Positions 59,783 to 64,000 of a stretch of DNA of 64,000 nucleotides are shown here, piece after piece; the first letter of the stretch is position 1, and every line of letters begins with the position of its first letter. A program made the position numbers and the translations under genes. Origin of the DNA: an uncultured Pseudomonadota bacterium (GTDB taxonomy: Bacteria; Pseudomonadota; Alphaproteobacteria; JACZXZ01); contig CAVVLJ010000023.1 in the NCBI GenBank assembly GCA_963749075.1, forward strand, positions 35,561 through 99,560, read 5' to 3'. The notes beneath the pieces are model-generated. The model was not told where the DNA came from and ran no database searches. It saw only the letters and a program-made list of their open reading frames with translations.

Positions 59783-60649
59783 CTAAAACTCATAGAGCCT
59801 GGCCGGGTTGTCGACGAGGATGCGCCGCCGTGCCGCCTCGTCGGCGCCCCAGGCGGCAAGGAGGCCGAGGAGCTTCCCTTCGTCGAGCGCGCGGTTCGGC
59901 AGGATGCGCGCAACGTCCGGGGTGCTGCCGTCGCGCCTGCCGGTGTGCGGCCAGTCGCTGCCCCAGACGAGGCGGTCGGGCCGTGCTGCGATGAGGGCGC
60001 GCGCGAAGGGTGCTGCCGCCGCGAAGGTCTCGTCGCTCCCGGCGATGCGGTCGGCGCCCGAGAGCTTGACCCAGGTTCTGCCTCCCCGCAGCAGTGCGAG
60101 GAGTGCCGCGAAGCCCGGCTGGGCGACGCCGGCGGCGGCATCGGGCAGGCCCATATGGTCGATCACCACCTCGGTCGGCAGGGTGGCCAGCGTCTCCGCG
60201 AGCACCGCGATGAGGTCCGGCTCGAGGAAGAGCTGGAGATGCCAGCCGAGCGGTGCCACGCGCTCGGCCATACGGCAGATCAGAGCCCGTGCCTCGGCGG
60301 CAGCGGTCCCGCCGTGCGTCGCAAGATTGACCCGGATGCCGCGCACGCCGGTGCGCCCGAGGGCCGCGAGCTCGGCGCGCGGTGTCTCGGGGTCCACGAC
60401 CACGACCGCGCGGCCGGCGGCACCGAGGCGGGCGAGCGCCTCGAGCGTCGCCCGGTTGTCGCTGCCATAGACGCTCGGCTGGACGATGACCACGCGCACG
60501 AGGCCGAGCGGGCGGTGGAGTGCGAGATAGTCCTCGAGCGTGGCCTCGGGCGGGGTGTAGCTTCGCCGTTCGGCAAAGGGATAGCGCGCGGCTGAGGCGA
60601 AGACGTGCATGTGGCAGTCGCAGGAGAGGGGCGGCGCAGCGGTCGTCAT
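59783..60649 (-). CDS. Amidohydrolase_2-family hydrolase (LigI / lactone-hydrolase-like)
   Basis: LSCDCHMHVF...VVIVQPSVYG...IDHMG...WVKLSG...LVWGSDWPH. ATGA overlap with the upstream SDR. Confidence 0.85.
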   Translation of the reverse strand: MTTAAPPLSCDCHMHVFASAARYPFAERRSYTPPEATLEDYLALHRPLGLVRVVIVQPSVYGSDNRATLEALARLGAAGRAVVVVDPETPRAELAALGRTGVRGIRVNLATHGGTAAAEARALICRMAERVAPLGWHLQLFLEPDLIAVLAETLATLPTEVVIDHMGLPDAAAGVAQPGFAALLALLRGGRTWVKLSGADRIAGSDETFAAAAPFARALIAARPDRLVWGSDWPHTGRRDGSTPDVARILPNRALDEGKLLGLLAAWGADEAARRRILVDNPARLYEF

Positions 60650-61464
60650 TTCGCCGCCGGGCCGTGGCCTATGTTGACGAGGGCACCGCCGTCGACGGGG
60701 AGGGCCACGCCGGTGATGAAGCCCGCCTCGTCGGAGGCGAGGAAGAGCGCCGCGTTCGCCACGTCCCAGGCGGTGCCCATGCGGCCGCGCAGCGGCACCC
60801 GCGCATCGCGCTCCGCGGCCACTTCGGCGCGGCTTCGCCCGCTCGCTCGCGCGCGGGTGTCGACCGCCATGGGCGTGTCCATGAGGCCGGGCAAGATGGC
60901 GTTGGCGCGGATGCCGTAGGCGGCATTCTGGATGGCGAGCTGCTGGGTGAAGGCGACCATCGCCGCCTTGGTCGCCTTGTAGGTGACGTAGAGATAGTTC
61001 TCGAAGGCCGCGACCGAGGAGATGTTGATGATGGCGCCTGCCCGCTGACGGCGCATGATGGGCAGCACGTGCTTGCACGCCATCACCGTGCCGCGCAGGT
61101 TGATCGCCACGATGCGGTCGAAGGCCTCTTCGCTGATGGCATCGGGCGGCGCGTCGCCGCCGGCCACGCTGACGCCCACGTTGTTGTGCAGGATGTCGAT
61201 GCGGCTCCAGCGCCTCTCCGCGGCGGCAAGCGCTGCGGCAAGGGTCGCCTCCTTGGTCACGTCGGCCTCGAAGGCGAGGCATTCGCCGCCCGCCTTCTTT
61301 GCCATCGCCGCCGTCTCCTCGGCAGACGCCAGGTTGCGGTCGACGGCGAGCACCTTGGCGCCCTCCTCGGCGAAGCGCAGCACGGTGGCACGCCCGTTGC
61401 CCATGCCCTCGCCGGGGCTCTGGCCGGCGCCGACGACGACGGCGATCTTTCCTTGAAGTCGCAT
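60646..61464 (-). CDS. SDR-family oxidoreductase
   Basis: GKIAVVVGAGQSPGEGMGNG..., NNVG, ...YVTYKATKAAM (YxxxK), IRANAILPG. Confidence 0.9.
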   Translation of the reverse strand: MRLQGKIAVVVGAGQSPGEGMGNGRATVLRFAEEGAKVLAVDRNLASAEETAAMAKKAGGECLAFEADVTKEATLAAALAAAERRWSRIDILHNNVGVSVAGGDAPPDAISEEAFDRIVAINLRGTVMACKHVLPIMRRQRAGAIINISSVAAFENYLYVTYKATKAAMVAFTQQLAIQNAAYGIRANAILPGLMDTPMAVDTRARASGRSRAEVAAERDARVPLRGRMGTAWDVANAALFLASDEAGFITGVALPVDGGALVNIGHGPAAK

Positions 61465-61482
61465 GGCCGGCCTCCCGCTGGT

Positions 61483-62034
61483 TCAGTTCTTGGGCAGGGG
61501 GAATTGCTCGAGATAGGGGAGATAATCCGCCTCAACGTCGATCTCGAGCGTCGCCAGCATGCGCACCACGCAATTGTAGTAGGCGATGACGACGATGAGG
61601 TCCATCAGGCATTCCGCGTCGAGGCTCTCCTCGAGTGCTGCGTAGGTGGCGGGCGAGACGGCGAGATCGCGCGTCATCTCGCGCGCGGCGCGCAAGACCG
61701 TCTTGGCGAGGGGCTCGAGCGCCGTGTCGCCGCCCTCCGTCTCGGCGGCGATGGCGCGGATGTCCGCGTCCGTGACGCCGAAGTCGCGGCCGATCTTGAT
61801 GTGGTGGGAGTATTCGTAAGGCGAGCGCGCGAGATAGCCGACCTGGAGGATGGCCATCTCCCTGAGCCGCGCATCGAGCCGGCTCTGGTGGCGGATGTAC
61901 TGGCCGAGCGCGTTGAGCCGCCGCGCCGCTCCCGGGCTGTGCACGAGGGCGCGGTAGAGGTTGATGTTGCGCGCGAGCAAGTCCCGGTTCTCGGGTGCCA
62001 AGTCCGCTTTTTCGAGGTAAGGCACGCGCGCCAT
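61483..62034 (-). CDS. Carboxymuconolactone-decarboxylase (CMD/AhpD-like) family protein
   Basis: MARVPYLEKADLAPENRDLL...LREMAILQVGYLARSPYEYSHHIKIGRDFG. ATG at 62034 lies inside ORF 61483..62178. Confidence 0.8.
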   Translation of the reverse strand: MARVPYLEKADLAPENRDLLARNINLYRALVHSPGAARRLNALGQYIRHQSRLDARLREMAILQVGYLARSPYEYSHHIKIGRDFGVTDADIRAIAAETEGGDTALEPLAKTVLRAAREMTRDLAVSPATYAALEESLDAECLMDLIVVIAYYNCVVRMLATLEIDVEADYLPYLEQFPLPKN

Positions 62035-62059
62035 GGTCCGGTGCTCCTTTGGCCTGGGG

Positions 62060-62878
62060 CTACTGCGTATCGGGCGCCCGCGGCGGGCCCATGAGCGTGG
62101 CGCCGCCGTCGACGACGAGGATATGGCCGGTGATGTAGCGGGCGCGCGCGGAGAGAAGGAAGCGCACGGCCTGGCCAACGTCCCAGCCGCTGCCCTCGAT
62201 GCCGAGCACGGATGCCTTGCGCCGCCGCTCGCGCGCGGCCGCGCTCATGCCGGCGGCATAGACCATCGGCGTATAGACGGGGCCGGGGGCCACGCAATTG
62301 ACGCGGATGCCGGCGGCACCGTGATCGACCGCCATGGCGCGCGTGAGGGCGATCACCGCACCCTTCGACACCGAATAGGGCGTCGAGCCGCGCGGCCGCA
62401 AGGCGGAGATCGATGAGACGTTGACGATGGCGCCGCCGCCGCTCGCGATGATGGCGGGCACCGCGTGCTTCGCCGCAAGGACCATGCTCTCGACGTTCAC
62501 CTGCATGACGCGGCGCCAGGCCTCGGGCGACACCTCGACGACGCTGCCGTGGCCCTCGATGCCGACGTTGTTGTCGAGGAAATCGAGGCGGCCGAAGCGC
62601 TGCAAGGCCGCCTCGACCATGGCGCGGCAGTCGCCGTCGTCGCTCACGTCGGCGCGATGGGCCGCGGCCACGCCGCCCTCGGCTTCGATCATTTCGACCG
62701 TGCGGACGGCAAGCGCTGCGTCGCGGTCGACCGCGAGCACGCGGCTGCCGGCGCGCGCCAGGAGGAGTGCCGCGGCGCGGCCATTGCCGATGCCGTCGCC
62801 TTGCGCTCCGGCACCGGTGACGATCGCGACCTTGCCGGCGAGCCCCTCGTCATCCGGCGGCTTGGTTTGAGCGGCCAT
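62060..62878 (-). CDS. SDR-family oxidoreductase
   Basis: GKVAIVTGAGAQGDGIGNG..., NNVG, ...YSVSKGAV (YxxxK), IRVNCVAPG. Paralogous to 60646..61464. Confidence 0.9.
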   Translation of the reverse strand: MAAQTKPPDDEGLAGKVAIVTGAGAQGDGIGNGRAAALLLARAGSRVLAVDRDAALAVRTVEMIEAEGGVAAAHRADVSDDGDCRAMVEAALQRFGRLDFLDNNVGIEGHGSVVEVSPEAWRRVMQVNVESMVLAAKHAVPAIIASGGGAIVNVSSISALRPRGSTPYSVSKGAVIALTRAMAVDHGAAGIRVNCVAPGPVYTPMVYAAGMSAAARERRRKASVLGIEGSGWDVGQAVRFLLSARARYITGHILVVDGGATLMGPPRAPDTQ

Positions 62879-62887
62879 GCTCCTCCC

Positions 62888-63754
62888 TTACGGCAGGCCG
62901 GTGCCGGGCACCTCGACCTCGACGGATGCGATCTTGCCGTCGCGCTTCTCGGCCATGGCGGGGCCGCTGCCCGAGCTCATGCAGATGAAGAGCGTGCGGC
63001 GCTCGGCGCCGCCGAGCATGCAGGCATAGGCGCCGTCTGGCTCCGTCGAGATGCGCTCGGCGATGCGGCCGCCGTCGAAGACGCGGAGCAGCTGGTGCCC
63101 GCGCGCGTCGGCGACCCAGATCGCACCCTCGGCGTCGAGGCAGATGCCGTCGGGATAGCAGCCGGCGATCTCGGCGAAGAGCCGCCGCTTGCCGAGCGCC
63201 CCGTCCGCGCCGAGCGCGAAGGCGGTGAGCCGGTGGGCGTAGGTCTCGGCCACCACGAAGGTCCGGCCGTCGGGCGAGATGACCATGCCGTTGGGGAACA
63301 TGAGATCGCCGGCGGCGACTGCCGCATGGCCGGCGGGATCGACGCGGGCGATCGCGGTCGTGCGCGGCGACTCGCCCGCGTGGCGGTCGAAGCCGAAATT
63401 GCCGACATAGGCGCTGCCGCCCGCATCCACCACCATGTCGTTGCATGGGCCGCCGGCGAGGCCCGCGAGATCGGCGTAGGGCTCGAGCATGCCGTCTTCG
63501 AGCCGCAGCACGCGGCGGTCGAGCATGGAGACGACGACGAGATCCCCGCCGGGCAGCCAGCCGAGGCCCGACGGGCGCTGCGGCACGCGGACGATGGTCT
63601 CGGTGCTGCCCGCGAGGTCGAGGGTCATGACGCGCTTTGTATAGAAGTCCGAGAACCACAGCTTGCCGTCATGCCAGCGCGGCCCCTCGGGGAAAGTGAG
63701 GCCCGCGAGAAGAACCTCGGGCTTGACGCTCCTTCCGGTTGCCATGGCCGACAT
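62888..63754 (-). CDS. SMP-30/gluconolactonase/LRE-family protein
   Basis: LTFPEGPRWHDGKLWFSD...PNGMVISPDGRTFVVAET...YPDGICLDAEGAIWVA. Confidence 0.85.
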   Translation of the reverse strand: MSAMATGRSVKPEVLLAGLTFPEGPRWHDGKLWFSDFYTKRVMTLDLAGSTETIVRVPQRPSGLGWLPGGDLVVVSMLDRRVLRLEDGMLEPYADLAGLAGGPCNDMVVDAGGSAYVGNFGFDRHAGESPRTTAIARVDPAGHAAVAAGDLMFPNGMVISPDGRTFVVAETYAHRLTAFALGADGALGKRRLFAEIAGCYPDGICLDAEGAIWVADARGHQLLRVFDGGRIAERISTEPDGAYACMLGGAERRTLFICMSSGSGPAMAEKRDGKIASVEVEVPGTGLP

Positions 63755-63782
63755 TGCCTCCTCCCGCCCGCCGCCTAATCCT

Positions 63783-64000
63783 AGGCACCCGGCTCGGCGT
63801 CGAGGCGGACGACGATGCCGTCGAGCTCCTTGCGCGCCGCCGGGTAGCGCTTCATCACCAGGGGATCGTGCCCGGGCACGACATGGGCGGGCGTGCTGGC
63901 GAGGCGGCGCAGCTTGCCGTATCCCGCGAGCATGTCGCCCAGATTGTAGATGACCGGATAGGGCCGCTCCTCCTCGATGTTGGCATAGAGATGCGCCGCG
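63783..64000 (-). CDS. MBL-fold metallo-hydrolase (lactonase-like), C-terminal part only
   Basis: My own reverse-strand translation reads ...AAHLYANIEEERPYPVIYNLGDMLAGYGKLRRLASTPAHVVPGHDPLVMKRYPAARKELDGIVVRLDAEPGA*. The VVPGHD motif suggests an AHL-lactonase-type MBL. The gene continues beyond the window. Confidence 0.6.

Overview
High-G+C chromosomal segment. Its gene content and paired-hairpin intergenic repeats look alphaproteobacterial (Hyphomicrobiales/Bradyrhizobiaceae-like), but that taxon call is inference only. About 65 protein-coding genes are supported, mostly metabolism and transport. By eye I found no rRNA, tRNA or CRISPR array.

Main content:
- **Coenzyme F420 genes at two loci.** fbiC (FO synthase) lies at 16.7-19.1 kb, flanked by luciferase-like (LLM) oxidoreductases. 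A colinear fgd-cofE-cofD-cofC-gnd-pgl block lies at 38.0-43.4 kb, which amounts to an F420-dependent oxidative pentose-phosphate entry.
- **Four ABC uptake systems.** One is polyamine-type and one is LivKHMGF-type. One is a peptide/Dpp-type operon that also carries an LLM oxidoreductase, a tautomerase and an ABM monooxygenase.
- **Other enzyme sets.** These are pccB, the 5-oxoprolinase genes pxpABC, a CoxLMS-type molybdenum hydroxylase with a CoxS-CoxG fusion, and a lactone/aromatic-type catabolic cluster at the 3' end.
- **One compositionally foreign stretch (~34.8-37.7 kb).** It lies exactly between a LysR regulator and the fgd-cof operon. It holds an 824-bp IS5-family element inserted in an ORF whose 5' part carries a DNA-methyltransferase TSPPF motif. 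It also holds a small ORF followed by a stand-alone dCTP-deaminase-like gene. That pair is my best candidate for an undescribed, defence-like module.

Other notable points:
- Three conserved genes are broken by single-base indels, two of them in short homopolymer runs: an amidohydrolase, a GIY-YIG gene and a DppF-like ATPase.
- An ATP12 homologue has no stop codon until 1 kb into pccB.
- A GntR gene is reduced to a remnant.
- There are at least five families of paired-hairpin REP-like repeats. One supplies the C-terminus and stop codon of gnd.

All family calls come from reading the supplied translations against remembered family motifs. No database search was run.
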